The position numbers and the translations under genes are program-made. This document shows, in pieces, positions 9,848-21,694 of a stretch of DNA of 64,000 nt (positions are counted from its first letter, which is position 1; the number at the start of each line of letters is the position of its first letter). The notes below the pieces were generated by a model, which was not told where the DNA came from, searched no databases, and was given only the letters and a program-made list of their open reading frames with translations. The stretch lies in assembly GCA_009758405.1 (NCBI GenBank), contig WSBC01000008.1, positions 16,705-80,704 of the forward strand, in the 5' to 3' direction. Origin of the DNA: Methanobacteriota archaeon. Lineage in GTDB: Archaea; Thermoplasmatota; Thermoplasmata; Thermoplasmatales; ARK-15.

Positions 9848-11345
9848 TCTTTAACTCTGATAAATCCGAAATAAGATATCCCTTTCTTTTTGCAACTCTT
9901 TCTATTGTTTCTATGAATGACCAGTAAAATGGATAAATTAAATAGTAATAAAGATGCTCGTTGAAATAATTTCTGAGTATTCTTTTTCCCTGCCTTACAC
10001 CATGACTAAGACATAGTTTAAGAAGCTCCTGCTGGGTATCTGTAAGCTCATATGCCCTGTACCAATCCTTGTTCTTTAATATACCCATAGGCACAAAGAA
10101 CATGGGCATTATTATTGCCTTAAAATCCCAAAGTCTCTCCACAAGTTCTATTGTCTTTATTACATCCTCCTCTGTTTCCTCAGGAAGACCTACTATAAGT
10201 GTCATTGCAGGCACAAGCCCCGCATCCTGCATTACACCCGCAGCCTCAACAACAACATCTGGCCAATTCTTTGTTTCAAAGGGCTTTGCCTTATTTGGCA
10301 TTATTATTTCTGCCAGTCTTGGTGATCCTGTCTCTATCCCTATCTCTGCCCCCCACCAGTCCTGATCCTTTTTGATTATCTCAGAAACCCTTGTAAGCAT
10401 TTTATCATTTTTTTCACCTGCAAGTATTGCTGCAAGGCTGGCATGGCTCCAGGCGATTGTTTTATAGTATTTTTTTGTAAGTTCATGAAGCTTTATCAAT
10501 TTCTCAGTTTTTGGAATATAATCAAGGGATCCATATAATGGAACATCTTCAGCGTGAAGTATCCCCGATCTTACACCTTCTCTATAATTGACCTGAAGCT
10601 CCTTTTCAATCTTTTCATATGGATAAAATCTTAAAGCCCTAAGGGTAACAGAACAGAACTTGCAACCCCTTATACATCCTCTCATTATCTCAATAAGACC
10701 ATTAACACTTGCATGTTTAATCTCAGATATCTCCTCTATGGTTGGTGCATCTTTATTGTTCATAACCACAAATCTTGGCAATTCCTCATTGTTAATGGCC
10801 TTTTTAACAAGGTCTACAACTATTTTTTCACCCTCGCCGTCAACAACAGTATCTATACCCCATTTATCCATGAGATCCTTTCTATAATTCCATTGCCATG
10901 CAGAAGGACCTCCTGCAATTATCTTAATTCCTCTATTTTTTGCCCTTCTCACAGTATCAGATTCCATCAACCTTGCGAAAGATCTTGCATTTAATGGCTC
11001 CTCTTTAAATATTGAGGCAAAGGTAGAGGAGGGGGGACCAAAACCAAAATAATCGTGATGGGATAATAATAGCACCTTAGCATTATCAATATATCTATCC
11101 AGATAATCCGGATCCACTACAAGGGTGTCAATACCTGAATCCAGAAGTTTTGCCTCTATCTTCCTTATTCCATATGATGCCTGCCATGGAATTCCTTTTT
11201 TGTTCTTCATTTTTGGTGCAAACAAATAAAGCCAGAATTTTTCCGGAAAGAGTACAGGGACACCTGTGGCACCAAACCCCAGGAATTCCTTACCGTGGTG
11301 ATTGCTCATCATTGTTCTATCTGTTGTTATAATAACATCGGCCAA
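9816..11345 (-). CDS. B12-binding-domain radical SAM protein
   Basis: IIAGGP and GEGE (cobalamin-binding-like region), RGCIRGCKFC CxxxCxxC, GIETGS; TTG start. Confidence 0.85.
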   Translation of the reverse strand: MADVIITTDRTMMSNHHGKEFLGFGATGVPVLFPEKFWLYLFAPKMKNKKGIPWQASYGIRKIEAKLLDSGIDTLVVDPDYLDRYIDNAKVLLLSHHDYFGFGPPSSTFASIFKEEPLNARSFARLMESDTVRRAKNRGIKIIAGGPSAWQWNYRKDLMDKWGIDTVVDGEGEKIVVDLVKKAINNEELPRFVVMNNKDAPTIEEISEIKHASVNGLIEIMRGCIRGCKFCSVTLRALRFYPYEKIEKELQVNYREGVRSGILHAEDVPLYGSLDYIPKTEKLIKLHELTKKYYKTIAWSHASLAAILAGEKNDKMLTRVSEIIKKDQDWWGAEIGIETGSPRLAEIIMPNKAKPFETKNWPDVVVEAAGVMQDAGLVPAMTLIVGLPEETEEDVIKTIELVERLWDFKAIIMPMFFVPMGILKNKDWYRAYELTDTQQELLKLCLSHGVRQGKRILRNYFNEHLYYYLIYPFYWSFIETIERVAKRKGYLISDLSELKINKNKAHPFS

Positions 11346-11347
11346 AT

Positions 11348-11710
11348 TTAATCACCCCTAAAATTACTCAAATGATCCCTAATCCTTTTAAGCTGTTTTT
11401 CAAGTCCATCATCCTCCATTTCATCAATATTTCTTTTTAGCTGTCTTATAAATGACTCGTACATACAGTAAAGAAAATTGCCATTTAATCTATAAACAAA
11501 CCTATGCCTAAATCTGATTCTTTCGAGTATACCCTTTTCGCTTAGTTCTTTTGTTATCTTTGAAATAAGAGATCTGCTTAGACCAATCCTTTTATGAAGC
11601 ATGTAAACATCAACGGGTTCCTTATTCTCCATTATATTTTCTATAACAATACAATGTGTATCACTATAACCAAGCATATGTGCTATGTTTTTCCAATTTT
11701 GTTTTATCAT
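11348..11710 (-). CDS. Winged-HTH transcriptional regulator (TrmB/MarR-like)
   Basis: LHKRIGLSRSLISKITKELSEKGILER HTH; directly upstream of the radical SAM gene. Confidence 0.75.
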   Translation of the reverse strand: MIKQNWKNIAHMLGYSDTHCIVIENIMENKEPVDVYMLHKRIGLSRSLISKITKELSEKGILERIRFRHRFVYRLNGNFLYCMYESFIRQLKRNIDEMEDDGLEKQLKRIRDHLSNFRGD

Positions 11711-11771
11711 AACAAAACTTCCAATTTTTATTGGAAGTTGTATACTCTTTTTATATAAAAATTTTTACATT

Positions 11772-12083
11772 TCAGGATTTTAACTCTATTTCTATATGTA
11801 TACCATCGGGGATCTGTATTCTCATCAGCTGTCTTAATGCCCTTTCATCTGCCTCAATATCTATTAGCCTTTTATGTATTCTCATTTCCCACCTGTCCCA
11901 AGTAGCGCTTCCATCACCGCAGGGGGTTTTCCTTACAGGTACCACCAGCCTTTTTGTAGGTAATGGGACAGGTCCATGGAGTTCTACCCCTGTCCTTTGT
12001 GCGATGTTCTTTATTTCATTACATACCTCTTCTACCTTTTTATAATCATTCCCCGAGAGCAATATTCTTGCTTTATATACCAT
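11772..12083 (-). CDS. rps10: 30S ribosomal protein S10
   Basis: [33 protein letters not shown]; start MVYKARI after a GGTGA SD. Confidence 0.97.
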   Translation of the reverse strand: MVYKARILLSGNDYKKVEEVCNEIKNIAQRTGVELHGPVPLPTKRLVVPVRKTPCGDGSATWDRWEMRIHKRLIDIEADERALRQLMRIQIPDGIHIEIELKS

Positions 12084-12106
12084 TTTATCACCAAAATATA
12101 AAAAAA

Positions 12107-13378
12107 TTAAGATGTTTTCTTTACAACATCGATGCATAGACCTGCAGCCACAGTAATCCCCATATCTCTCACGGCAAATCTTCCTAGCTGCGGTATCTCA
12201 GAGGATTTTTCAATTACTAACGGCCTGGTGGGTGTCACCTTTACTATTGCAACATCTCCAGTCCTTATGTAATCAGGTTTTTCTTGCTTGGTTGCATTTG
12301 TCCTTGGATCAAGTGTCTTAACAATTTCACTGATTGTGCATGCCACCTGTGCGGTATGAACGTGAAATACAGGTGTGTAACCTGGGCTTATCACAGATGG
12401 ATGATTTAGAACAACTATCTGGGCAGTAAATTCCTGTGCAACAGTTGGAGGATTATCCGGCTTTCCGCAAACATCTCCTCTCTTTATATCGTTTTTTGAA
12501 ATACCCCTTACATTAAAACCAATGTTATCTCCAGGCTCTGCTCTGGGCAATGGTTGATGATGCATCTCAATGCTCTTCACTTCCCCTGTCTTGTTTGCTG
12601 GCATAAATATAACTGTATCGTTAACATTCAGTACACCAGTTTCAACCCTTCCAACAGGAACTGTTCCTATTCCAGTAATTGAATAAACATCCTGAACAGG
12701 TATTCTAAGTGGCTTGTCTATTGGCTTTTCTGGAAGCTTTAGCATATCCAGGGCTTCGACTAGTGTAGGACCCTTATACCAGGAAAGATTTGGACTTGGC
12801 TTAACAACATTGTCCCCCACATATCCACTAATCGGAACAAATATTACATCCTTATAGCCAACACTCTTCAAAAGTTTTTCCACCTCTGCCTTAACATTGT
12901 TATATGCCTCTTGGCTATAGGGTGGTGTTGTTGCATCCATCTTGTTTACAGCAACTACCATTTGTGGTACACCAAGAGCCCTTGCAAGGAATATGTGTTC
13001 CCTCGTCTGTTCCTGTACTCCTTCCTTTGCAGATACCACAAGTATTGCTGCATCAGCCTGAGAAGTACCTGTTATCATATTTTTTACAAAGTCCCTGTGC
13101 CCGGGGGCATCTATTATTGTAATATAATATTTATTTGACTGGAATTCCTTGTGCGCCACATCAATCGTTACTCCTCTTTCCCTTTCTTCCTTTAGCCTGT
13201 CCATTACCCATGCAAACTCAAAGGTTGCCTTTCCCTTTTCAGCCGCCTCTTTCCTATACTGTTCAATAATTCTTGGATCTATTGCCCCAGTATCCAGTAA
13301 TAATCTGCCCACAGTAGTCGATTTTCCATGGTCCACGTGACCTATGAAGACCACGTTTAAATGTGGTTTATTTACCAT
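12107..13378 (-). CDS. tuf: Elongation factor 1-alpha
   Basis: [30 protein letters not shown]. Confidence 0.98.
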   Translation of the reverse strand: MVNKPHLNVVFIGHVDHGKSTTVGRLLLDTGAIDPRIIEQYRKEAAEKGKATFEFAWVMDRLKEERERGVTIDVAHKEFQSNKYYITIIDAPGHRDFVKNMITGTSQADAAILVVSAKEGVQEQTREHIFLARALGVPQMVVAVNKMDATTPPYSQEAYNNVKAEVEKLLKSVGYKDVIFVPISGYVGDNVVKPSPNLSWYKGPTLVEALDMLKLPEKPIDKPLRIPVQDVYSITGIGTVPVGRVETGVLNVNDTVIFMPANKTGEVKSIEMHHQPLPRAEPGDNIGFNVRGISKNDIKRGDVCGKPDNPPTVAQEFTAQIVVLNHPSVISPGYTPVFHVHTAQVACTISEIVKTLDPRTNATKQEKPDYIRTGDVAIVKVTPTRPLVIEKSSEIPQLGRFAVRDMGITVAAGLCIDVVKKTS

Positions 13379-13560
13379 TTTTTTCCCTCCAGCAATGTAT
13401 TTAATATTCCAAAAACCCTATAACGACCTTATATTTAATCCTTTGTAAACACCCTTCAATACGCTTATTCATCAAGAAGATTGGTTGTCAAAAAATGTAC
13501 CGAAAATTTAATATCTTCTGTTACTTAATATCATATTACCTTCAAAAGAGGTAATGAGTT

Positions 13561-16215
13561 ATGGAGAAAAAAACAAGAAATGCAATAATAGCAATTATAG
13601 TGGTTTTAGTAGTAGTGGTGGCAGCCTTTGCGGCCATTGTTCTTTGGCCTACAACAACCCCCTCAGTATCTGTAAGTGCTTCCACACAGCTTGCACCAGT
13701 AGGCACACCAATAACATTTACGGCAATAATACCTTCGAGTATTTCCTCAAGTGTTACCGGTGTGAACTGGAATTTTGGTGATGGAACCACAGGAAATGGA
13801 ACTACAGTAACACATACTTACAACACTCCTGGAAACTATCTTGTATTCTTGAATGTAACTGAAAAAAGCGGTTATTTGAACAACCTTGGTAGCCTATTCA
13901 CTCTCACTATAACTTCACCAACAATAACAAATTCTGTTTATGCAGGGGAAATCACACAACCTGTTCTTACTGTAAACACCACACTTAATCCAAGTGCACC
14001 AATATTTAGTGTAAATGAGAAGGCTTATTTTGTTGGCTCCTATCTGCAGCCACCTACAGAGCCAAACTGGTCTTTGGCCTATTATATATTTAACTTTGGA
14101 GACGGTTCACAGAATGTCTTTCCAGTATACTATAACAACAGTTCAGGAGCATTTTTACCCGTGAATGTAACACATCAATATTCCTCCCCTGGATTTTACG
14201 TATTGAACTTCACCATAGTTACATACAATATAACGGAATTTGAGACGCACATTGTTAATGTTTCAGGGGTATTGCAATATCTTCCTTTAACGTACTTAAA
14301 CAGTGTTCTTGCTTCCCCTCAGCATCACGTAATCTCCACCTTGAAAACAATATATGTTTCAACATCAACCCAAAAGGCAAGTGTGCTTAAAGGCCCAGGA
14401 AATGTACCAAACCCGAATGTAATTCAAGTGGTGGAAGTGGTACCTGCAGGTCCTTACTCCTTTGATCCTCAGATAGACTATGAGACAGTTGGTTATGAAA
14501 TAATTGCCAATGTGTATGAAACCTTAATAGCATACAATGGCTCATCAACATCCCAGTTCGTACCAATTGTAGCAAAGGAAGTACCATCTCTTTCCAATGG
14601 CCTAATTTCACCAGATGGACTTAATTATACTTTTTATATAAGGCCTAATCTAACATTTGCAAATGGAGATCCACTCACAGTATATGACGTGTACATGAGC
14701 TTTGTTAGGGCACTTCTATTTGTTCAGGGTTCTCCCGGAACAGCCGACTGGATTCTTGCACAGGATCTATTACCAGGGGGTGGTTTCTTACCAGGATTAT
14801 ACACTAATGGCACAGCACTCTATCAGAATATAACCAGGGCAATAACATATAACAATCAAACACAGAGCATAACATTCCATCTTTTAAAACCGGATCCTGC
14901 ATTCCTTTATTATATTGCCTTTGCCCTCGGCTCAGGAATAGTTGATTATAAATGGCTGGCGGCACACGGAGCAAATATTACAATGACACCCTCAGGCCTC
15001 CTTTATTATACAAGGTTTGGTAATGAAATGAATTATAATAATTACATAAGGTACAATGCAATGGGTTCGGGGCCATATATGATACAAAGCTATCTATCAG
15101 GGCAATCCATAGTTCTTATACCAAACCCCAATTTCAAGCCAATACCTGGAGTACCAGGATATGATAAGATACCTACTTTAAAGGTATATATACAGTGGGT
15201 AAAGGACTACGAAACAGCCCTTCTAATGATGGAGAGTGGACAATCAGATATTACTACAGGTCTACCAACATCGGATTATCCAACTGTTGCTGCGCTTCAA
15301 GCCCAGGGAAAACAGAACATATATACTTTCCCAACACTAAGTGTATTCTTCTATAATTTTGTATGGAATGTGAACATTAGCCTTATGCAAAAGATATATG
15401 GTTCACAGTACCATATGCCTTACAATTACTTTGCAAATCCACTCGTAAGAAAGGCATTTGCATATGCATTCAATTACACAAACTACATAGATAACATAAT
15501 TGGGAATAAGATATACCATGCCAACTTTGGCTTCCATTATACGGGAATAATTCCTGAGGGAATGCCAGGTTACATACCTCCAGATAAACTCCAGAATGTT
15601 CCTGTTTATAATTTAACACTTGCAAAGAAATTTATGATGGAATCTGGTATGTACAATGTTAGTATTAATATACCAATTATAGTCTATGCAAGCGATCCTG
15701 TTGATTTTGCAGCTGCAAGCATGTGGGCAAGCAATTTATCAAAGATGGATCCAAACATACAGGCAACGCCTATATACCAGCCATTTGCTACAACAATAGG
15801 TTATATGGTTCCAGGAGAGAATCCAATGCCAATATATCTACTTGGATGGGCTCCAGACTATCCTTATCCTTCAGACTATGTAAATGCAATGTACCTTGAG
15901 AATGGAACATACCCGGGTGCAAATGGATGGAACTATACCAATCTAATGTCCTGGGGCTATAAGCAGGAGGCTCAGGAATGGAAGAATATGACTGATCTAA
16001 TACTGAAGGCAGACAGTACTTCAAACGTAACACTATCCCTTCAATACTTTGATCAGGCAGAACAGATAGCCGTTAACCTAACACTTTATGTATATACATA
16101 TCAGGCGAATGGCTTCTGGTATTATGCACCATGGATCCACGGTGTTGAATGGGAAGAGAACCCAATGATAGGTGGCGGTGGAGACACACTTTACTTCTAC
16201 CTAACAAAGGGATAA
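13561..16215 (+). CDS. Oligopeptide ABC transporter substrate-binding protein with N-terminal PKD domains
   Basis: N-terminal TM anchor; two WNFGDG/FNFGDG PKD repeats; SBP family 5 motifs (DPQIDYE, YETL, GSGPY, VRKAFAYAF, GWAPDYP). Confidence 0.9.
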   Translation: MEKKTRNAIIAIIVVLVVVVAAFAAIVLWPTTTPSVSVSASTQLAPVGTPITFTAIIPSSISSSVTGVNWNFGDGTTGNGTTVTHTYNTPGNYLVFLNVTEKSGYLNNLGSLFTLTITSPTITNSVYAGEITQPVLTVNTTLNPSAPIFSVNEKAYFVGSYLQPPTEPNWSLAYYIFNFGDGSQNVFPVYYNNSSGAFLPVNVTHQYSSPGFYVLNFTIVTYNITEFETHIVNVSGVLQYLPLTYLNSVLASPQHHVISTLKTIYVSTSTQKASVLKGPGNVPNPNVIQVVEVVPAGPYSFDPQIDYETVGYEIIANVYETLIAYNGSSTSQFVPIVAKEVPSLSNGLISPDGLNYTFYIRPNLTFANGDPLTVYDVYMSFVRALLFVQGSPGTADWILAQDLLPGGGFLPGLYTNGTALYQNITRAITYNNQTQSITFHLLKPDPAFLYYIAFALGSGIVDYKWLAAHGANITMTPSGLLYYTRFGNEMNYNNYIRYNAMGSGPYMIQSYLSGQSIVLIPNPNFKPIPGVPGYDKIPTLKVYIQWVKDYETALLMMESGQSDITTGLPTSDYPTVAALQAQGKQNIYTFPTLSVFFYNFVWNVNISLMQKIYGSQYHMPYNYFANPLVRKAFAYAFNYTNYIDNIIGNKIYHANFGFHYTGIIPEGMPGYIPPDKLQNVPVYNLTLAKKFMMESGMYNVSINIPIIVYASDPVDFAAASMWASNLSKMDPNIQATPIYQPFATTIGYMVPGENPMPIYLLGWAPDYPYPSDYVNAMYLENGTYPGANGWNYTNLMSWGYKQEAQEWKNMTDLILKADSTSNVTLSLQYFDQAEQIAVNLTLYVYTYQANGFWYYAPWIHGVEWEENPMIGGGGDTLYFYLTKG

Positions 16216-16218
16216 AAC

Positions 16219-16236
16219 ATTTTTTTTATTTTTTTT
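16219..16236 (+). terminator. T-rich tract after the SBP gene (probable archaeal oligo-T terminator/attenuator)
   Basis: Two long T runs immediately after the stop at 16215. Confidence 0.45.
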
Positions 16237-16293
16237 AATTAAGTATTAAATACATTATTACATTTATAGGTAAAAAAGGAGGCTCAGATTCTA

Positions 16294-17364
16294 ATGAAGC
16301 TTTCCACATACATAATTAGAAGGACTTTAATGTTAATACCAACATTGATTGGTCTGAGCATAATTGTTTTTGCCCTGAGCAGGGCAGGGGGTATAAACTT
16401 AGTTATATCAGCATATATAAACCCGCACCTCCCCTATCAGTTACAGAGAGAACAGCTCATTAATGAGTTTCATTTAAACGATCCAATTTGGGTACAATAC
16501 TATTATTATATGGTTGGATTGTTCCAAGGAAACTGGGGTTATACAAGGACCCCAATATATACAGGTCCTGTTACAGATGCAATTATGATATTTTTACCTA
16601 ACACCATACAGCTTGCTATAGTAAGTTTTATAATTGCTGTAATTATAGGTATACCTGCAGGACAGGCCTCGGCCGTTAGGAAGGATAGCTTTTTTGACCA
16701 GCTTACAAGGGTAATAGCATTTGTTGGGATATCATTACCTGTTTTTTGGTTGGCACAAATACTTAGCCTGGCCTTTGCAACAAAGACAATATCACCCTCC
16801 TTTGATATTCTTCCTCTAAGTGGGACTGTTGACCAGGTACTTATTGCAGGTGTTTCGTGGATAAATGCTCAGGGGATATCTAGCCCTACGCACGTGATGA
16901 TGATTGATGCCCTAATACATGGAAACCTGCCAATATTCTTCTCCGCACTGAGGCATGTAATACTCCCGGCAGCTACTCTTGCGTTCACAACAATTGCTGT
17001 AATAATGAGGTATATGAGGGCAAGCATGGTGGAAACACTCAACATGGATTATGTAAAAACGGCCAGGTCTAAGGGTATTCCGGAAAGAATAGTAATAAAG
17101 GTTCATGCAAGGAGGAATGCACTGATACCTGTTGTAACTGTCCTTGGATTAACTTTTGCAGGATTGCTTGCAGGTGTTGTTGTAATAGAGACTATATTTA
17201 ACTATCCGGGCATGGGGTACTGGACTGTTCAGGCAATGTTAAACTATGATACTGGGGGAATAATGGGCACTACCTTACTTTTTGGCATTATACTTGTTAT
17301 TGCAAACTTCATTGTTGACCTTCTTTATGCCTACATAGATCCAAGGATAAGGCTTGGTGAGTGA
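16294..17364 (+). CDS. Oligopeptide ABC permease (DppB/OppB-like)
   Basis: DYVKTARSKG loop, HARRNALIPVVT, IETIFNYPGMG. Confidence 0.92.
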   Translation: MKLSTYIIRRTLMLIPTLIGLSIIVFALSRAGGINLVISAYINPHLPYQLQREQLINEFHLNDPIWVQYYYYMVGLFQGNWGYTRTPIYTGPVTDAIMIFLPNTIQLAIVSFIIAVIIGIPAGQASAVRKDSFFDQLTRVIAFVGISLPVFWLAQILSLAFATKTISPSFDILPLSGTVDQVLIAGVSWINAQGISSPTHVMMIDALIHGNLPIFFSALRHVILPAATLAFTTIAVIMRYMRASMVETLNMDYVKTARSKGIPERIVIKVHARRNALIPVVTVLGLTFAGLLAGVVVIETIFNYPGMGYWTVQAMLNYDTGGIMGTTLLFGIILVIANFIVDLLYAYIDPRIRLGE

Positions 17365-18293
17365 ATATGTTTGATAAAATGAGTGATTCCTGGAAACCAA
17401 GAATTGAAAACTTTAAGATTACAATGAAAATACTTTTAAAGAGTCCTGCATCAGCAATAGGCCTAATAATTGTCCTCGTATATTTCATAATTGCACTCCT
17501 TGATCAAGTGGACCCGTATATCCTGGGGATCACTACTAACGTAAACACACTAATACCAAACTATGTAAATACAGCACCCCAGCCACCTAGCTGGCTTACT
17601 AATCCATGGGATTTTTCCCTTCCATTCGGTACAACTTACCCTGGGATAAACCTGTATGATGGTATTATTAAGGCAATAAGGATTGATATAGCCTTCTCCC
17701 TATTTGTAGTAGTATCAGGCGCAATTATAGGTATAGTGCTTGGTGTTTTCTCAGCCTTCTATGGTGGATGGTTTGATGAAATAATAATGAGATTAACAGA
17801 CATCTTCTTTAGTATACCCTACCTGGTACTTGTTATAGCACTTGGTGTTTTCCTTGGTAGGTCCCTGGAGATTCTTTCAATTGGATTAATAATATTATGG
17901 TGGCCAATATATGCAAGGGTAGTAAGGGGACAGGCATTATCAATTAAGGAGCAAACATACGTTGAGGCTGCAAGGGCATCGGGTGTTAAAAATAGCAGGA
18001 TAATATTTAGACACATTCTCCCGAATACAATGGCTCCAATATTTGTTCAGTTTTCCTTTGATCTTGCAACCATAGTACTTGCTCTTGCCACCCTTTATTT
18101 CATAGGCTTTGCACCGTCGAACTCCTGGCTTCCAGAGCTTGGATTTCTTTCAAGCATTGGTTATGAATATGCAATAGTTGGTGATTGGTGGACAATAGTT
18201 TTTCCAGGTTTTGCACTCATGATATTTGCCCTAGGAATGAACCTTCTTGGGGATGGACTTAGGGATGCTCTAGATCCCAGGTTAAGGAGATGA
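17361..18293 (+). CDS. Oligopeptide ABC permease (DppC/OppC-like)
   Basis: YVEAARASG, RHILPN, NLLGDGLRDALDPR. Confidence 0.92.
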   Translation: MNMFDKMSDSWKPRIENFKITMKILLKSPASAIGLIIVLVYFIIALLDQVDPYILGITTNVNTLIPNYVNTAPQPPSWLTNPWDFSLPFGTTYPGINLYDGIIKAIRIDIAFSLFVVVSGAIIGIVLGVFSAFYGGWFDEIIMRLTDIFFSIPYLVLVIALGVFLGRSLEILSIGLIILWWPIYARVVRGQALSIKEQTYVEAARASGVKNSRIIFRHILPNTMAPIFVQFSFDLATIVLALATLYFIGFAPSNSWLPELGFLSSIGYEYAIVGDWWTIVFPGFALMIFALGMNLLGDGLRDALDPRLRR

Positions 18294-18297
18294 TCCC

Positions 18298-19665
18298 ATG
18301 GAAAAGCAACCTTTATTGATTGTGAGGAATCTTAAAACACACTTTGTTACATGGAAGGGCGTAGTTAAGGCCCTGGATGGAATAGACCTTGAGATATATC
18401 CTGGGGAAACCCTGGGACTTGTTGGTGAAACTGGCTGCGGGAAATCAGTTACCTCCTATTCCATTATGGGTCTTCTTCCTCCCACACAGGGGACAATTGT
18501 TGAAGGTAGTATATTTTTCAATGGAATTGAATTAACAAAGAATGTTGGAAAGGATGTAATAATTAAATATAAAGGTAAGAAGGCAAAAATTAAGGTGAAC
18601 AGAAGAGCTTACAATAAGACACAGGATTTCCTGAACAAGATAAGAGGAAAGGAAATGAGTATGATCTTTCAGGAGCCAATGACAGCATTGAATCCTGTTC
18701 TTAGCATAGGCTACCAGCTTACTGAGCCTCTTATTCAGCATAAAAAATATGAACTAATGATGAGAATACTGGCCAGGCATACATTAGGGGATAAGGATTT
18801 TGAAGAGATTAAAAATGCTGTTTTTGGGGAGGAAAAAGAAAGATTAATGGAGCTCTCAAAAGATCCATTAAAATATGCCCTTATAGAACAGATAAAATCA
18901 ATATACTATAGGAAGGATTTAACATCCTTGCAGAAAAATGAGCTCCTAAATGAGCTTAGAAAGAAGAAGGGTATATCAAGGTTCCATCTTAGCGTATATA
19001 AAAAGATTGTTGAGAGCAAGTATGAGAGCATTTTTTTCAAAATTCCTCTTTTGAGCTCTTATCTTATGAGACCTCTTAGGGAAGAGGCAAATAAAAAGGC
19101 AATTGAACTCCTTAGAATGGTGAACATATATGAACCAGAAAGTCTCCTGAGTGCATATCCTCATGAACTAAGTGGTGGAATGAGACAGAGGGTAATGATT
19201 GCAATGGCCCTTTCATGCGATCCAAAACTCCTTATAGCGGATGAGCCAACAACCGCCTTAGATGTTACCACGCAGGCTCAAATACTAGATTTAATGAAGG
19301 ATTTGAAGGAAAGAACATCCGCATCAATACTATTCATCACACATGATCTAGGGGTGATAGCGGACATGGCTGACAGGATCTCTGTAATGTATGCGGGAAA
19401 CGTTGTTGAGAATGGTAATAAGATGCAAATATTCTATAATCCGAAGCATCCATATACTAGGGGTCTTTTAAGATCGGTACCGACTGAGGAGACCATGAAA
19501 TCAAAGCTCCATATAATACCTGGTTCAATACCAAATATGATAGATCCTCCCAAGGGCTGCAAGTTCCATCCAAGGTGTGAATTTGCAATGGATATATGCA
19601 GCAGGGAAAGGCCACCCATGAAGGAGATAGAGGAGGGCCATTATGTTGCATGCTGGCTTTATTAG
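18298..19665 (+). CDS. Oligopeptide ABC ATPase (DppD/OppD-like) with a long helical insertion
   Basis: [25 protein letters not shown]-terminal GCKFHPRC...VAC Fe-S motif. Confidence 0.92.
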   Translation: MEKQPLLIVRNLKTHFVTWKGVVKALDGIDLEIYPGETLGLVGETGCGKSVTSYSIMGLLPPTQGTIVEGSIFFNGIELTKNVGKDVIIKYKGKKAKIKVNRRAYNKTQDFLNKIRGKEMSMIFQEPMTALNPVLSIGYQLTEPLIQHKKYELMMRILARHTLGDKDFEEIKNAVFGEEKERLMELSKDPLKYALIEQIKSIYYRKDLTSLQKNELLNELRKKKGISRFHLSVYKKIVESKYESIFFKIPLLSSYLMRPLREEANKKAIELLRMVNIYEPESLLSAYPHELSGGMRQRVMIAMALSCDPKLLIADEPTTALDVTTQAQILDLMKDLKERTSASILFITHDLGVIADMADRISVMYAGNVVENGNKMQIFYNPKHPYTRGLLRSVPTEETMKSKLHIIPGSIPNMIDPPKGCKFHPRCEFAMDICSRERPPMKEIEEGHYVACWLY

Positions 19666-19677
19666 AGGTGAATCAAA

Positions 19678-20961
19678 ATGGGCAACACTCTGATTGTTGG
19701 AAGGGGCCTTAAAAAGTTCTTTGAGATAAAGACAGGACTTTTTTCAAGGAAGAGATTAAATGTAAAGGCTGTTGATGGAGTGGACATAACTATAAATAAG
19801 GGTGAGGTAGTAGGTTTAGTGGGTGAATCGGGTTGTGGAAAAACTACCCTTGGAAGGCTAATTTTGAGATTGATAGAGCCCACGGATGGTGAACTTTACT
19901 ACAATCCATCTGAGGAGATATTGGAAAAGATAAAGAATGGTGAAAAGATTTCACAGGATGAATTAAAAAAATATTCCATATTTCATATGGGAAAAAATGA
20001 TGTTAGAGAACTAAGAAGGCATATGCAAATTGTTTTTCAGGATCCTTACTCTTCCCTTGATCCCAGGTATCTTATCAAGGACATTATTGCAGAGCCCCTA
20101 AGATCATTTGGATGGGATAGCAAGGATGCATACAGCAGGGTTGAGGAACTTCTAAAGAGTGTTGGCCTTGGACCAGAGTTTATGAACAAATTCCCACATG
20201 AATTATCGGGAGGTCAGAGGCAAAGGGTGGCAATTGCCAGGGCGCTTGCACTGAAACCAGAGTTTGTTGTCCTGGATGAACCTACCTCTGCCCTAGATGT
20301 CTCTGTTCAAGCGCAAGTTTTGAATCTCCTTGATGATCTTAGAAAGGAACTGGATCTTACCATGCTATTTATTTCGCACCACATCCTTGTTGTAAGGCAC
20401 ATCGCAGATAGAATAATGGTGATGTATCTTGGAAAAATAGTGGAGATTGCAGAGACAAAAGAAATTTTTAAGAATCCACTCCACCCTTATACACAGGCAC
20501 TTCTTTCTGCAGTACCTGTTCCTGATCCAAAAACTAAGAGAATGAAGATTCATTTAGAGGGGGAAGTACCAAGTCCAGTCAATCCTCCCAAAGGGTGCTC
20601 ATTCCATACAAGATGCAAATTTGCCTTTGAAAAATGCGGATGGACCGCGAATGAACTTGTGGAGTATCTAAGGCTTGTCATGGATCCTACAAGGAATGAA
20701 GAGCTAAAGGGTAATATTCTTGATGAAATTGAAATAGTTAGTGACACCGAACTAATAATGAGATTCAAAGAACTTGAAAATCCTGGAAACATAAGGGGTG
20801 TTATTGATAAGGAGAAGATAAACAATAATATCAGGGCCTTCTATGGTATAATGGGAATAGAAGCATCCGGTAAAGAAGTAAAAATAAAGCTTTACGAACC
20901 AAAGGTGCCTGAATTAAAGAATGTTGGTAATAATCATTTCGTTGCTTGCTTCCTCCACTAA
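19678..20961 (+). CDS. Oligopeptide ABC ATPase (DppF/OppF-like)
   Basis: [32 protein letters not shown]...VAC. Confidence 0.92.
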   Translation: MGNTLIVGRGLKKFFEIKTGLFSRKRLNVKAVDGVDITINKGEVVGLVGESGCGKTTLGRLILRLIEPTDGELYYNPSEEILEKIKNGEKISQDELKKYSIFHMGKNDVRELRRHMQIVFQDPYSSLDPRYLIKDIIAEPLRSFGWDSKDAYSRVEELLKSVGLGPEFMNKFPHELSGGQRQRVAIARALALKPEFVVLDEPTSALDVSVQAQVLNLLDDLRKELDLTMLFISHHILVVRHIADRIMVMYLGKIVEIAETKEIFKNPLHPYTQALLSAVPVPDPKTKRMKIHLEGEVPSPVNPPKGCSFHTRCKFAFEKCGWTANELVEYLRLVMDPTRNEELKGNILDEIEIVSDTELIMRFKELENPGNIRGVIDKEKINNNIRAFYGIMGIEASGKEVKIKLYEPKVPELKNVGNNHFVACFLH

Positions 20962-21401
20962 AGATTTCCTACCTTTTTTTTACAATATGCATAGAGAGCA
21001 TCATATAATGGGAACTGTAGCCTCATATTATCATAGTCATCTTTAGAAATTATTCTGAATCCTTCCGCTGCTGCCTCGAGACCTGCACCCTCCGGGGCTG
21101 GGTCCGGTATATCTGCATCCGCAGATCTTACTATCTTTGCCAGTTCAAGTATTGCAGGATCTTTTATTCCATATTTTTTTATTATTGCATCGAAGCTCAC
21201 ATATTCCTTTCCATTTTCTATATAATGCCCTAGTTCAACACCTGGTACATCAAATGGAATTGCATTTTCTTTCTTTGCCACTTCAAGAACCTTTTCTGGC
21301 TTGACAAAAAGGAATTCCGCATCTTCGTCAACAAAATTTTTAATAAGCCATGGACACGCAATTCTATCCACCTTTGCCCTTTCTCTTGTTACCCACTTCA
21401 T
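20958..21401 (-). CDS. ChrB C-terminal-domain (chromate resistance) protein
   Basis: [30 protein letters not shown]...PFD...FDAII...YDALY is typical of the ChrB_C family. Confidence 0.85.
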   Translation of the reverse strand: MKWVTRERAKVDRIACPWLIKNFVDEDAEFLFVKPEKVLEVAKKENAIPFDVPGVELGHYIENGKEYVSFDAIIKKYGIKDPAILELAKIVRSADADIPDPAPEGAGLEAAAEGFRIISKDDYDNMRLQFPLYDALYAYCKKKVGNL

Positions 21402-21541
21402 AGTTATTGCTAAACTTATTCACTATTTAACATTTTTTAATTATTCAGTATCTCCGAATGATTAAAATCTAGGTGTTTGGATATAATTAATATGGTAATT
21501 TGATGGAAAAATTTATTATTAGGATATACTTTATATATACT

Positions 21542-21694
21542 ATGAAAAAAGTACCTATTGTCCATGAAAATCATCTTGAGGTTTACAATATCACCGGATA
21601 TTTTACAAGGACTGTAACAAAATTTGGAAACAGTGCTAAGATAGATTGCCCTAAAGAATACCTTGGAAGAAAGGTAATTGTGGTTGTCTTATGA
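21542..21694 (+). CDS. DUF2080-type small transposon-associated protein
   Basis: VTKFGNSAKIDCPKEYLGRKVIVVV motif; inside the IS, stop overlaps the transposase ATG. Confidence 0.8.
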   Translation: MKKVPIVHENHLEVYNITGYFTRTVTKFGNSAKIDCPKEYLGRKVIVVVL

